The position numbers were made by a program, and so were the translations under genes. The notes under the pieces were generated by a model. That model was not told the origin of the DNA and ran no database searches. It was given only the letters and a program-made list of their open reading frames with translations. A stretch of 64,000 nucleotides of DNA from Octopus sinensis (lineage: Eukaryota): NCBI RefSeq assembly GCF_006345805.1, contig NC_043001.1, positions 105,090,001 to 105,154,000 on the forward strand. Reading direction: 5' to 3'. Positions 11,046 through 24,105 of this stretch are shown here, in pieces; the first letter of the stretch is position 1; each line of letters begins with the position of its first letter.

Positions 11046-11403
11046 TCTGATCACGAGCAGAAGTAGTGGGGGAGCATCATAGCCATGTGTTGAGAGGGAT
11101 TTGGGGGGTGGTTTGAATAATTCATCTTTGGAAACATGGCTGTTTCGTTCAATAGGCTTAAACAACCCTTATTCATGGACCTTTTGAGCGGGTTGGGTAC
11201 TCGACCAGAGGAGAATTCTAACAGGGCCCCACCTGCAAGGTCATGCGCTATTTATCTTGATATGAGATCACCTTGTCGTGCATATATGGTTGTGATGTTT
11301 GTGCCTAGTGTACCCTTATCAGATGGGTACTCATGATGGGTATAATGGGCTTCGTATATTTTACCCCAGTGCCACTTTGATGGCATGCACTGCTCTCTCA
11401 CTC
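11045..11403 (+). mobile_element. 5'-truncated 3' end of a (TAA)n-tailed retroelement, family undetermined
   Basis: About 360 bp of unique-looking sequence between two (TAA)n tracts; homologous to 4850-4995 and ending CTGCTCTCTCACTC(AAT)n. Confidence 0.65.

Positions 11404-11462
<59 letters not shown>
11404..11462. repeat. (TAA)n microsatellite, 5' flank of the R4/Dong element
   Basis: Direct reading. Confidence 0.95.
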
Positions 11463-14400
11463 GACCGGGGACGTTTAAGATGTAAGAAGGAAAATACAGA
11501 GCTCCGAAATCTATCCACAAACATCGAAAACAAGGACACCCTATGGAGCCAAAGATTTACTAACAAAGAATTGGACTATATCCGAGTAAGTAATACGAAT
11601 TGAAATTTATTACTATTTTCGAAACGAAATGATGTATTTTGACTCGATATTATCTCCACCTCTAACACAACACATGTAAACATGCGTGGAACAACACGAT
11701 CATCCCCGACCTCAAACACCATGTACAAAGGAACTACGAAGAAATTAAATGCCACCGATACTATTCAACCCAAGAATAACAATCGAGCGGTACGTACATT
11801 AAACCTACAACAAAAAATGTACGAAAAACTACACGTGCGAAATAATGTGACAACAGAAATAAACGGACCGGTACCCTACGAAAATGACGACCGTCAAAAT
11901 AATGGGCCGGACGTTGTACCTCATGTCCCGCAATTAAAACCCAAAAGACGTAAATGGACACGTGCGGAATACATTTCTATCTTACACGCATACTTCACAG
12001 CAATGCTCTACCCACAAAATGAAAATACAACAACACATACATATAAAATATGGAAGGAAAATAATAGAGATATAGACTTGGATACAGCAATGAACCCTAA
12101 TAAATTAGCTAACGTACGAAGATACATTCTCAAAGCCAAAAAAATATCAGAAATAGAAATAGAACATTTAAAAGAAAAATTACACCAGGAAAATGTAGAT
12201 AGAAGCCACACAACAATGCCCAATAATATAAACACTGAAACTGTAAAACACGAAGACAAACGCAACATTCCCAACAAACACGATGTAAACAACGAAGGGG
12301 AGCCTAATGATTATGATAATATAAAAAATAAAATAATCAAAGAACTAAAAACCACAGAGCTCAAAATGGACCACCGACCATACCTCCCAAGAATAAAAAT
12401 AAACGCAATAACAACACCAATTATAAACAACATAAACCTAGCCGTCACTGAACTAGCCACTGAAACAAAAAAAAAGTGATATCACTGAACTAAATGACTT
12501 GATATACGCAGCAGCCACTGCAGCCACAAAAGAAGCTGAATACTCACCCAAACCCGCCCAAACAGGAGTACCACCACCCAAACAAACCCTGTGGATAAAT
12601 AACATCCAAAATAAAATAAAAAAAATTGGAAAAGACCTGTCGATTCTTAATGAAATCAGCAAACAAGCAACGCTACTGAGCAACAAAAAGAGAACAAAAA
12701 TGCTCCGCAAATATAAGATCACAGAAAAAGATTTGCCGGAGATAAAAGAAAAGCTGAAGCAAGATATCCTTGCCAAAGCTCAAAGGATCCGCCGGTACGA
12801 GAAACGCCAACGCTTCTTTGAACAGAACAAAAAGTTCAACTCCGACCGCAAAAAGTTCTACCAAGATCTGGGCAAAAATAAAATAGAAGTCACTGCAGCA
12901 CCAACGGCAGAAGAATTGGAAGAATTCTGGAGAGAAATATGGTCGGCGAACGAACAGCCAAAAAAAAGGAGTATCAAAATAACAAACTCGGCATCTGAAC
13001 AACTTTGGACCCCCATAACAACTGAAGAGGTCACCCAGGCACTGCAAAAACTAAGCAACTGGAAGGCACCTGGGCATGACAAGATCCCCAACTTCTGGTT
13101 GAAATATCTAACAGGAATGCACAAAAAGCTGACTGAAAACTTTAACAGCATACTAGCAGAGCCAGAGACAATGCCTGAATGGCTCATGAAGGGGAAAACC
13201 ATCTTAATTCCCAAATCAAATGAAACAACAAAACCAGAAAGCTACATACCAATAACCTGCCTCCCTACTATGTTCAAGGCATTTACTGCAGTGATATCGC
13301 AAAGGCTGAACAAGCACCTGGACGAAAACAAACTGTTCCCAGAAGAGCAGAAAGGATGCCGCAAGGGCTCATATGGCTGTAAAGATCAACTAATGATTAA
13401 TAAAGCCGTAACTGAAGACAGCCACAAAAAGAAGAAAGGCCTCAGTATGGCCTGGATTGACTACAAAAAGGCGTTTGATAGCATCCCCCACACATGGATC
13501 CTCGAAACACTAGCCATTAACAAAGTAGCACCAACAATCATAAAATTCATAGAGCACTCTATGAATAAATGGCAAACAGTCCTACACCTCCAAACAAAAG
13601 AGGGACTCATGAAAACCAAAGACATCCCCATTAGAAGAGGAATATTCCAGGGAGACACGCTCTCTCCACTCCTTTTCTGCTTGGCACTGTCACCTCTATC
13701 TGATATGCTAAATAGAACTGGATGCGGATATAAATGTTATGGCAAAACGATCAGCCACCTTCTATATATGGATGACCTAAAACTATACGCTGCAAATGAC
13801 AAACAGCTGGAAACACTATTAAAGACAGTTCATGGATTTACCAAAGAAATAGATATGAAATTTGGATTAGAAAAATGCGCCAAAGTAACCATGAAAAGAG
13901 GAAAACTAGTTAAGAGTAGCAACATCACACTAGATAAAACAATGAAATAAAAGAATTAGACCAAAGCCAAACTTACAAATACTTAGGAATCCATGAACTA
14001 GATAAGACACAACACACACAAATGAAAGAGAAAATAAAAAAAGAATATTATAGACGAGTTAGATCAATACTAAAAACAGAGCTCAATGCTAAAAACAAGA
14101 TAATAGGTATCAACACTTTAGCTGTCCCAGTTATAAGTTACAGCTACAATATCCTTAACTGGACACGAAATGAACTGTCCAAAATAGATAGGAAAACAAG
14201 AAAATACTGACAGGATCTAGGATGCATCACCCAAAATCTGACATAGAAAGACTATATATACAACGTATAGAAGGTGGTAGAGGCCTTATACAGCTGGAAA
14301 ACTACTATAAAATAACCACCATAGGACTGCAAAAATACCCACTTCAGAAGGAAGGAAAACTGATCCAGATAGCAGCAAAACACGAGCAAAACAAAAAACT

Positions 14401-15419
14401 GTTCTCAGTATTTAAGGAAGCTGACAAATACAAACAAGAAATCATACCACCTAATAAACACAAAGAAGAAGAAGAAGATGATGAAGAAACAACAAAAGCT
14501 ATAAAACAAATGAAATCCAAACTAAAAATAGAACAGCAACGAGCCATGATAAAACGATGGCAAGAAAAGCCCCTTCATGGTAAATACTGCACTAAACTAA
14601 ACGCAAAAGAAATAGACAAACAAAAATCCCAGCAATGGTTGAGAAGCTCGGGACTCAAAGCAGAAACAGAGGGATTTTTAATTGCAGCACAAGACCAAAG
14701 CCTCCCCACCAGAAATTACCAAAAACATGTAATGAAAAGAAATATTACAAGTAACTGCAGAATATGTGGAGATGGACAAGAAACAATAAATCATATTATC
14801 TCTAGCTGCCCAGTCCTGGCTAAGAAGGAATATATTCACAGACATGACAGAGTTGGAACCTACATACATTGGAAGCTATGCCAACATTATGGAATAACAA
14901 CAGAAAAAAGATGGTATAGGCACACACCAGAAAAGGTCACAGAAAACGAGAAAGCAACCATACTCTGGGATATGCCGATACACCAGATAGAGAAATTAAG
15001 GCCAACAGACCAGATATAGTTGTCAGAGATCATGAAGAAAAAAAATGCTTTCTAATTGATGTATCAATACCGGCAGATGACAACGTGTCTCTAAAAGAAA
15101 TGGAGAAACTCTCAAAATACAAAGACCTGGAAATAGAGGTAACCAGAATGTGGAACCTGAAAACAGAAACAATTCCTATCATAGTAGGTGCATTAGGCAT
15201 GATAAAAAAATATTCAGACAAATACATAACAAAAACACCAGGACTTACAAACGCATATAACATACAGAAAATTGCACTACTAGGCACTGCACACATCCTA
15301 CGCAGAACACTTTCCATACAATAACCATCAGAGTATCACAACAAATCACAGCACATACCCAAGGCACACAGAGCTGCGCTCGGTAGTGAAGAGAAAGCAG
15401 CTATAAAAATAAAACTACT
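11463..15419 (+). mobile_element. Full-length R4/Dong-clade non-LTR retrotransposon
   Basis: Flanked on both sides by (TAA)n; ~220-nt 5' UTR; single-ORF architecture with RT, CCHC and RLE; ~95-nt 3' UTR ending AAAATAAAACTACTG(AAT)n, as in the second copy. Confidence 0.92.
11682..15324 (+). CDS. R4/Dong polyprotein (N-terminal domain, reverse transcriptase, CCHC knuckle, PD-(D/E)xK restriction-like endonuclease), frameshifted as assembled
   Basis: Motifs KRRKWT, KAPGHDKIPNFWLK, PITCL, EQKGCRKGS, WIDYKKAFDSIPH, RGIFQGDTLSPLLF, YMDDLKLY, KFGLEKC, CRIC..ETINHIISSC, RHD, RPDIV, LIDVSIP, K..KYKDL. Five ORF pieces join after four 1-bp indel corrections. Confidence 0.9.
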
Positions 15420-16727
15420 GAATAATAATAATAATAATACGCTAGTACTCTAAATTAAAAGGCAATCTGTAAATACGGCAAGATAAATGCTTTTGAAAAC
15501 TCCCAATTAATATTACGATCTACAGTGCTTTCTGGAGAGGATTAAACCAGAGCCAGTAATACGATGTAAAAGACTTTCTACAGCGAAATTAGCTCTGTGT
15601 GTGTTGACAAAATAAACCCTTATTATCATATATCCAATTTTAGTTATTCTTTCTCTACAATATTGACGCAGACATTTAGACGGCTGTATTAATTGGTTCG
15701 GAATGGCACTGTCTGTCTGTATGTCTATGTTTTCTTTATCTAGAGAGATGTACAATAAAAAAAAGAAAACAGTCAAACAAAAATGCTAAATGGTGTTTTT
15801 CATATTTTCACTAATATTTGCTGATTGTGGTTTTGCTAATATCTTTTGTTTCCTTCGCCACGGAGAATTCAGATCATCTGCAGAATTCTCAATGAATCTC
15901 TTATAGCTTCTATTCTCATGACACTTTCGGTAATTTCCTTTATTTTTAGACTTGTGATAATGGAATCTACCATTGTTCCAAATTTTGCTTTGTGTTGTAG
16001 ATAAAATATTTATATTGATTCTGGTTTCCTTATATAAGTACTCGAGAGGTTGTTTTCTCCACTCTCGCTGGCACTTCGTCCTTCATAGCTAAGGTGTGCT
16101 TTCGCGAGCTACGCATTTTGAAAAAGAAATATTTATCTCAGCTTTGATACAGACTAATTTCTTTTTTCTGACGCCATTTCTATTACTATAGAAATTTATG
16201 AAGAATCGCTTTGTACATTAGTTTCGTTTTATACTGAAATGCCAGAATTATTATGTCACATTTGCGTAACTCCATCTTTCAGATAATAACTAATTGCTAC
16301 TTTTAACAACACAATTGTAAATTGCCTCCCTTGATTTCACAGGACATTAATTAGTTTGAAGTCCAGAGTTATGCATATAGCTTTTGTGAAGGTTTTGACT
16401 ATAAGTGCCCAAGCTGAAGTTGATTTTTCGTAATTTTTATTTCTTTATAAATGTCCACTATCAGAGCCCGGAAATTTCACAGCAGATACCTACACGCGTT
16501 TCCACATCTCGTCGCTATGTTGCATCCAGCATTATAGTCTGGCACCAGCTACAATCCTTAGGCATTCTTCCCAAAACAATTGCGTTCTGGAATCTTCTCC
16601 TTACTCAGACCATTGTGTCGTATTAAGTGGTCACAACTTCAAAATCATATTGTCGATATAAAATTCACTGGCTTCCGAGGTCATGCAAAAACTCTGCCAG
16701 GAGCCGTAACCTTCCTCCAGAGGTAGT

Positions 16728-17083
16728 CGTGGCACTCCGTCGGTTACGACGACGAGGGTCCCAGATGACCCAATCAACGGAATAGCTTGCTCGTGAAATT
16801 AACGTGCAAGTGGCTGGGCACTCCACAGACACGTGCACCCTTAATGCAGTTCTCGGGGAGACTCAGCTTGACCTGGAGTGTGACAAGACTGACCCATTGA
16901 AATACATGTTCAACAGAAACAGGAAGAAAGAGTGAGAGAAAGTTGTGGTGGAAGAGTACAGCAGGATTCGCCACCATCCCCTGCCGGAGCCTCGTGGAGC
17001 TTTAGGTGTTTTCGCTCAATAAACACTGACAACGCCCGGTCTGTGGGTCGAAACCGCCCTAAATACTGAGCCATTGCGCCACC
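16728..17083 (-). mobile_element. SINE family C
   Basis: Close homolog of 9272-9652 (GGCACTCCGTCGGTTACGACGACGAGG..CCCTGCCGGAGCCTCGTGGAGCTTTAGGTG). Confidence 0.85.
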
Positions 17084-17659
17084 ACCCCAAAATAAAACAG
17101 CAATATTCGTCAGTTTATTTAGTTTTAACTTTAGATTTCCCTTGTTTAACAGATTTGTCAAACCTGATCAGCAAATGAAATTTAACCGCAAGTTTCGTAC
17201 ACATGATACAGAATAGTAAACAAAATAAACAAATAAAATGAAATAATTAAAATTAGCTAAGTACTTAATATATAATCAGTTAGGAATTCTTGCAGAATAC
17301 CCAAACTTGGTTAAGCCTGTATATTTTGAAGTAGGATTAAGCGAACCGGATTTATCTAAATTTAATAAAAACCAAAAATCATACCCACACATACTCTCTC
17401 TCTCTCTCTCTTTTATTATTTTAGAAATAATTCCCGGATAATATAACGGAACGATTCTCTAAATTTTATATCCGACCAATTTGCAAAATTTTACAATTAT
17501 TTCAATTGATCTATTCGTATAATTTTCTTTTCAGCTTTCGTAACTGCTGTCTTCTCCTTGAATACTGCTGAAACACACGGACTACGCATGACTGACTTTC
17601 AGTTTAGGATTGAATGTTTTCGCATTTGCTGCTTCACGACCCTGTGATCTTTCATACAC

Positions 17660-17820
17660 ATACACACGCACATACATACATGCACATACATGTACATACA
17701 TACATACATACATTCATACATACGTACATACATACCTACATACATACATACATACATACATACATACATACATACATACATACATACATGCATGCATGCA
17801 CACATGCATACATACATCCT
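17660..17820. repeat. (CATA)n microsatellite
   Basis: Direct reading. Confidence 0.95.
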
Positions 17821-18659
17821 AAACATTTGTAGCAGTGTTCGTGAGAGGTTTATATGCGCTTTCAACTTGTAACATGGAAATCTTTCTTCTTCATTCTTAT
17901 TCCAGCGTCGTTTAATATTTCCTCTCTTTCGAAATTTAAATGTGAAATATGTATAATTATGTATGTATGTATGTCTGAATGTATGTATATATGTGTATAT
18001 ATATATATATATATGCATATGTATATAGATTTATATATAGATGCATACATACGTGCCTACATACAGGCGCGCGACACAAACGCACACGCATAATCTCCCA
18101 CCATATTTGAAACTGTTTAATCTCTTCTAACGATATGTTTTACCAAACAAGAACTTTTACTACTGTCATTCGTTCGACTTCTACTGACAAAGTATATGCT
18201 TTGCGTGATCTATAATTCTTGCTTTATGCGGTTGCACACACGAAGCGAGGCAGACCAGAACGAAAATAATGCTCGCAAGAAGGAGTGCTATCGCTTTCTG
18301 TGCTTCGTCATAAATTCTCTGAAACTCTGACAGAATCATAATGACGACACGAACGAAGAAGTAGGGAACTATGTCGCACACCTGGAGTTTACGCCTGCCA
18401 AGAATAACCAAACAATGATTGGCATTAAAACAAAGCATTGATGACAAGTATTTTGAAGAATGTGACTGGCCAGTTTTATTATGATTTGTAGCTGCAACTT
18501 GCAGTCATGAGATTTTAGTGATAGCTGATAACAACGCTCTGTAACTGAATGGATATTTGTTGTAGTATAAAGAATGCTTATACGATGTAAAACCTTTCGT
18601 GACACCTGATACCAGAAGTGTAGCTTGTCACGATGCTTCTCGTGAAACAGGTTTCATAT

Positions 18660-18850
18660 TTTGGCACAAGGCTAGCAATGTCGAGTGAAGGAGTAAGTCG
18701 ATTATACACACCCCAACGCTCAACTTGTACTTAATTTAACGACTCAGAAAAGGGGTAAGTCAAAGTAAATCTCGATGGAATTTGAATTCAAAACATAAAC
18801 TTTGCATTTTTCGCGGCGTCCAACTCATTCTATCAGATTGCCGTCTTATG
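18660..18850 (-). mobile_element. SINE family B (old)
   Basis: CAACTTGTACTTAATTTAACGACTC..GTCAAAGTAAATCTCGATGGAATTTGAATTC. Confidence 0.55.
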
Positions 18851-19601
18851 CTTCTTGTGAAATAGCCGACGTTTTGTCAGCGACCTAATTTCGGAAAAAC
18901 TATTTTAAAAATTAATACAGGTTTGTTAATTTGTAGGAGAACTATACACTTTGTTTTTGAGCTGCAAATCAATCATGAAGCGATCATATTGTGCTTAAAG
19001 TTATATTTTCTGGGGCAAGCAATGTCGGAAGTATGAGACAAGTATCTCCATTGACTTTCGTTTGAGCTTCTTCACCGTAGCTGATATGATATAATATCAC
19101 AGGTGGGGTCACAGTCTTTCTCTTTCGTGTACAATGACTGAAAATAGTAAAAACCAAAAGTAACAGAGGCAATGCTAAGAATAATCCTGGAAGGCAAAAG
19201 AGAAGCGTTGCGATTGTGGCGAATAGAGAAAGATTGAGGAGAGTAGAGAGTGATATAAGCCAAAGCAAAAGGCCAGGACAAGATGCAAATTAAATGAATA
19301 ACGAATGGCGGGAAAAAGGATATAAGGACGAACCAAGACCACTACAAGCATAAGCGGAACTCAAAGAAAACAGTATACAAAGAATGATGTATACTGTTTT
19401 CGAATGATGGTGAGGGGCAGTGGCGCACTGGCCAGATTGCCAGCTTGCCCGATGGCATGTATGTCCCTGCGCAATTAGAATCCATATATGGAGGCCCATG
19501 TTAGTATCTCAAGTTTGAGAATTTTTTATTCACTCCTGGGAGAATGCATTAATTTATTTCAGCCTGGCTGTGATTGTAGAAAGTTGAAAAGAATACTTTA
19601 A

Positions 19602-19985
19602 ACAGGAGTGGCTGTGTGGTAAGTAGATTGCTTACGAACTACATGGTTCCGAGTTCAGTCCCACTGCGTGGCACCTTGGGCAAGTGTTTTCTACCCTAGT
19701 CTCAGGCCGACCAAAGCCTTGTGAGTGGATTTGGTAGACGGAAACTGAAAGAAGCCCGTCGCATATATGTATGTGTGTATATGTTTGTGTGCCTGTGTTT
19801 GTCCCCCCCAACATCGCTTAATAACTGGTGTGATTACGTCCCCGTAACTTAGCGGTTCGGCAAAAGTGACCAATAGAATAAGTACTAGGCCTACAAAAGA
19901 ATAAGTCCTGGGGTCGATTTGATTCGACTAAAGGCGGTGCTCCAGCATAGCCACAGTCAAATGACTGAAACTAGTAAAATAGTAA
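19602..19985 (+). mobile_element. SINE family A, full-length
   Basis: GGAGTGGCTGTGTGGTAAGTAG..GGTTCCGAGTTCAGTCCCACTGCGTGGCACC..GGTGCTCCAGCAT..AATGACTGAAAC. Confidence 0.9.
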
Positions 19986-20309
19986 CAAAAGAGTAAAGAA
20001 AAGAAAAATTAAATGATAGCATTGTGGTTGCGGGTGGGTCCCCTTGTTGTAGCGGGTGAATCCTCTTAGTCTCCTGGCAACGAATATCTTTAGACCCAGT
20101 CCGGTACTGGTGAGGAGTGTTGAGAAGAATGAGACTTGCCCATTTACAAATGCATAGTTTTACCGACATAGAGAAATTTAAGTGTATACGAATATATACA
20201 GGTATATATATTTATGCAGTTCCTAATCATTTATTCATTACAAGAAGGGAGTAAAAGCGAAAGAATTAGATTTATCTCCCCTGAACGCAATTGAAATCTC
20301 AGCGAAATC

Positions 20310-20353
20310 ACATAGAGTCGTATCAGTGCCTGTGCACACTTTCATCAGTATAC
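20310..20353 (-). ncRNA. Degenerate type I hammerhead ribozyme remnant
   Basis: Minus: GTATA CTGATGA A AGTG-TGCACAGG-CACT GATAC GA CTC TATGT. Core 5' half and stem II are intact; GAAA is GATA and GUC is CUC. Confidence 0.4.
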
Positions 20354-21424
20354 TTCGACAGAAAACGGTTTAAATACACACACGCACACACATACACACA
20401 CATACACACATACCTGTTGAAACGTAAATGCAAAATTATATACACACATAAATACACAAACACACACGTGAACACAGTAGAAACAAAGAATGAACAAGTA
20501 AACAACTGGTCTCAGTTTAGAGCATGGAGTTTATGTATGTAACGGTGTTTTCTTTGTTTCTTTCTACTCTACATGTATCCGCTCAATGCTAATCAACTTA
20601 TAGCCGTTCATTGCTAGGCAACTTCAAAACCGCTCTGGTTTAGTTGTAGTTCAAGTTAGAGTTTTAGGTGATAAGTGAACCAGAGCACTTATTGTACATA
20701 CAATTCAAAACGAAGCTCAAATCTGCCTTTTATTCTGTCGGGGGTCAGTGAAGAAAGAGGCAACACAAGTGGTAGAATCAGTAGAACACCAGACCTCTTT
20801 TTGTTCCGTTTTTTAAGGCTCTGAGTTCAAATTCTTGCGAGGTCATCAACAAAAAACTTTCAAGAAAGAATGTTTTAAAATAACTTACAAAAGTAAGATT
20901 CCCATGAGAGGCAAACTTCGAATGTTCCGCCAAAAGTGGTAGAGAGAGTATTTGTGTTACAGGCGGCACAGATAACTTTAAATATCTAGAAACTAGTTTC
21001 GAGAAAAGTAAAAATAAAGAACTTTTTATAACAATGGCCAAATGGTTAAGATGTTGCACTCATGATCGCTAGATTGTGTGTTCAATTCCCAGACCGAGCA
21101 GCGTGTCCTATTCTTGAGCAAAAACTCTTCATTTCATGCTGGTCCACTTCATTCAGTTGTAAATGGTTAACCCTAAAATGGATTAGCTTTTCTGTCAGAG
21201 GAAATGTTGGCTTCTGGGTGTGGTAGCGGTGCTGGTGGTGGCGGGGGCATTATTCGAAAGCTAAAACGATGCAAAGCGCATTGTGACCAGCGATGTAGAA
21301 CAACATCTGACAGTCTTGTCATTCATGTGATCACGTGATTATTACTGATATAAATGGCGACGCTAAAGCGTTGGTATATTGGTTATATTACTCAACCTGT
21401 CATGATTGAAAAACAGAACTACGA

Positions 21425-21650
21425 ATTTCACGGGTCAAACCGATAATTCTTTATGAAACCGATTCCGAATACACAAAACATAAAATACAATCAACTCGGA
21501 GGAAATTCCCACTAAGTGAACATTAAAAACTTGCCGTAATAGCAAATTCACACTATTTCCTTTAAATAAATGTTCAAAGGACGATCCTGAATACCTCAAA
21601 GAGAAGCAAACACGTTTTGTCAACAAATTTTCTACGAAACTAAACACATA
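21425..21650 (+). pseudogene. Penelope-like element GIY-YIG endonuclease C-terminal fragment
   Basis: Frameshifted translation FTGQTDNSL*NRFRIHK..RKFPLSEH..KTCRNSKFTLFPLNKCSKDDPEYLKEKQTRFVNKFSTKLNT* resembles the PLE YIGQT..RF..H..HL..C..F.IFP...EK.FI.KF.P.LN pattern. Confidence 0.7.
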
Positions 21651-21997
21651 ACAATTATTAAAGAGACAAATAATAACGATGCTTGGCAATAAATTTATAT
21701 GCATCACACTTTGAAATCATGAAAAGTCTGGAACGGATCAAAGCCCTAGATCTATAGGAGAGACTGTGTTCTGTTTCAACTTAATCTAATTCAGTTGATT
21801 TTATTTCACTGACAGCGATTTCTTTATTAATAAACCGTTTTATCTATGTTTTCTTCTGACCGTTAACTTTTATAAATTTATCAATATGTAACGTACACTT
21901 CCAAAGATTTTCTTTCTACCTATCAAACTAACTACTTACACACACGTACTAATAAACACATACTCAGACTCACACACACACACATACTCTCTCTCTA

Positions 21998-22029
<32 letters not shown>

Positions 22030-22741
22030 GCACACACACGCACACACACACACACACACGCAAACACACACACACACTCATCTTGAGGTGTACATTTATT
22101 GATAGCAGGCTCTTGTGTTCTACGACGTAAGTTTTCGCTACTGGTCTAAAATCACAGGCAGAAAAAAAGGCATAAAACAGAGATCTTAATGCCGTTAGCG
22201 GACTGTCGTGTTAAAACCCCGCTTCTGTTTGAGGTAGCATTGCAATCGTTCAAAGACAGGGAGGAATTTCTCCATCTATTGATAAACAGCAATAATGTAG
22301 TTCGTATTAATAACAGCTTCAGAATGCCTCATCATTCATCAACATTGTGCTTTCTTTTTACACATAAAATTACAAACAGGAATCTTTTATTGTTTGCTCA
22401 GAGACAGGCGTGCCAAATATCTTGTACTTTTCATGGGTGTGTTACATATAAAGGCACACAAAGTTAATTTGATTGCTGTTACTACAGTTACTCATTGTAT
22501 ATAAATTACATCCCGAAAAAGGCTGCAGGACACAGAAAATTTAAAGAAAAAGAATGTGTGTCGGTTCACAAACGATTAAAAAGTGGTCTATCAATGAGAA
22601 TTGCGTATATATATGCACATACATACATATGTACATACGTACGTACATAAATACATGCATACATAGACATACATACACACATAATTAAAAAAAAAAATAA
22701 TGATAATAATAATAATAATAATAATAATGATAATAGTATTT

Positions 22742-22935
22742 CTAATTTAGGCACAAGGCCTGCTACTTTAAATGGAGGGGCTTAGTTGATTACATCAACC
22801 CCAGCACTTGACTGGTACTTATTTTTGGACCTCAAAAGAATGGAAGGCAAAGTTGACCTTGGCGAAATTTCAAAATAGAAAGTGGAGAGCCAAACTAAAT
22901 GCTGCCAAGCATTTTGTCCAGGAGACAAACAATTC
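22742..22935 (-). mobile_element. SINE family B
   Basis: TTAGGCACAAGGCC..GATTACATCAACCCCAGCACTTGACTGGTACTT..GAAGGCAAAGTTGACCTTGGCG. Confidence 0.65.
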
Positions 22936-23849
22936 CGTCAGTTTGCCATCTAATAATAACAATGAGGATGAGACAAAAGGAAAGAAAAAACAAAAGAGAA
23001 GTAGGGTAAAAAAAATAAGTGGGAGAACAATAAAAAATGAAAAAGAGACAGAATAATCTAGATAAGAATTATTAAAAAATTCCTCAACGAAATGAGATCT
23101 ATTTCATCAAAAGCATAGGCACGTAGAGCAAGAAAACAAAAAGTCAAAGAGTTAAGGTGTGGAATTATTAGAGATTCATTATAATATTACTGTTAGACTC
23201 CAAATAGAATGAATTTTGCCAACGCGTTCTAGTTTGCAAACGTTTACGCACGTATATCTGGACATAAATTCATGTCGGTTTAAATATAACATCTTGTAAG
23301 AGATGCAGATTTATTTACTTCTAAAATGTCATACAACTATGATATTATAACTTACAATATTTATTACTTATATCATTCGAAGTTTACATTATTGTCAAAT
23401 GGAATCTGAGAAAGTGTTCTTGCCGAGCAAATTGCATGAAATATGGCTAAATAATTCTGCTGGTCCGTATTTGTTTTAGATACACAGCTATCAGTATATA
23501 TTTAGATATTCTCAGGCGACCATATTCTGTCAAGTCGTCAGACGAGATTCTTTCTCCTTAATGTTCGTGTTTTCATTGTTATTTATTATTTTAGTATGCT
23601 CATCTTTTAATGACTCGTAAAAGCTCAGAGGAGCTTTGCAGCTATATCTTTTACATCTCGGGGGCGCCTTAAACCGAAAACACATTTATTAGCATGAGTA
23701 GAGAAATGATGGAAATTATTGATTTTCTGCAGTCTAAATGCATTTTCCATATTATATATATTTTCACATAAATATGACAAACATCTTTAAAGTCTCAGCA
23801 TGTGTGCTAGCGCGAATTAGTTCATTGAAACATAAAGCGTCCTCCAATT

Positions 23850-23877
23850 ATCTTTATATCATCATTATTATTATTAC

Positions 23878-23931
<54 letters not shown>

Positions 23932-23958
23932 TATTATTATTACTATTACTACTACTAC

Positions 23959-23994
<36 letters not shown>

Positions 23995-24105
23995 TACTAC
24001 TACTACTACTATTATTATTATTATTATTATTATTATTATCATTATTATTATTATTATTATTACTACTACTATTATTATTATTGTTGTTGTTGTTATCCTT
24101 ATTAT
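23850..24105. repeat. (ATT)n/(ACT)n compound microsatellite
   Basis: Direct reading; source of the poly-Ile pseudo-ORFs. Confidence 0.95.

Noticed and set aside
11463-11960. HDV-like ribozyme at the 5' end of the R4/Dong element
   Set aside because: Expected by analogy with R2/R4 elements, but I could not build a convincing P1-P4 double pseudoknot by eye.
18181-18447. 88-aa ORF with a TM-like segment (KAIALLLASIIFVLVCL)
   Set aside because: A single hydrophobic stretch with no GPCR or other motif and no splice support.
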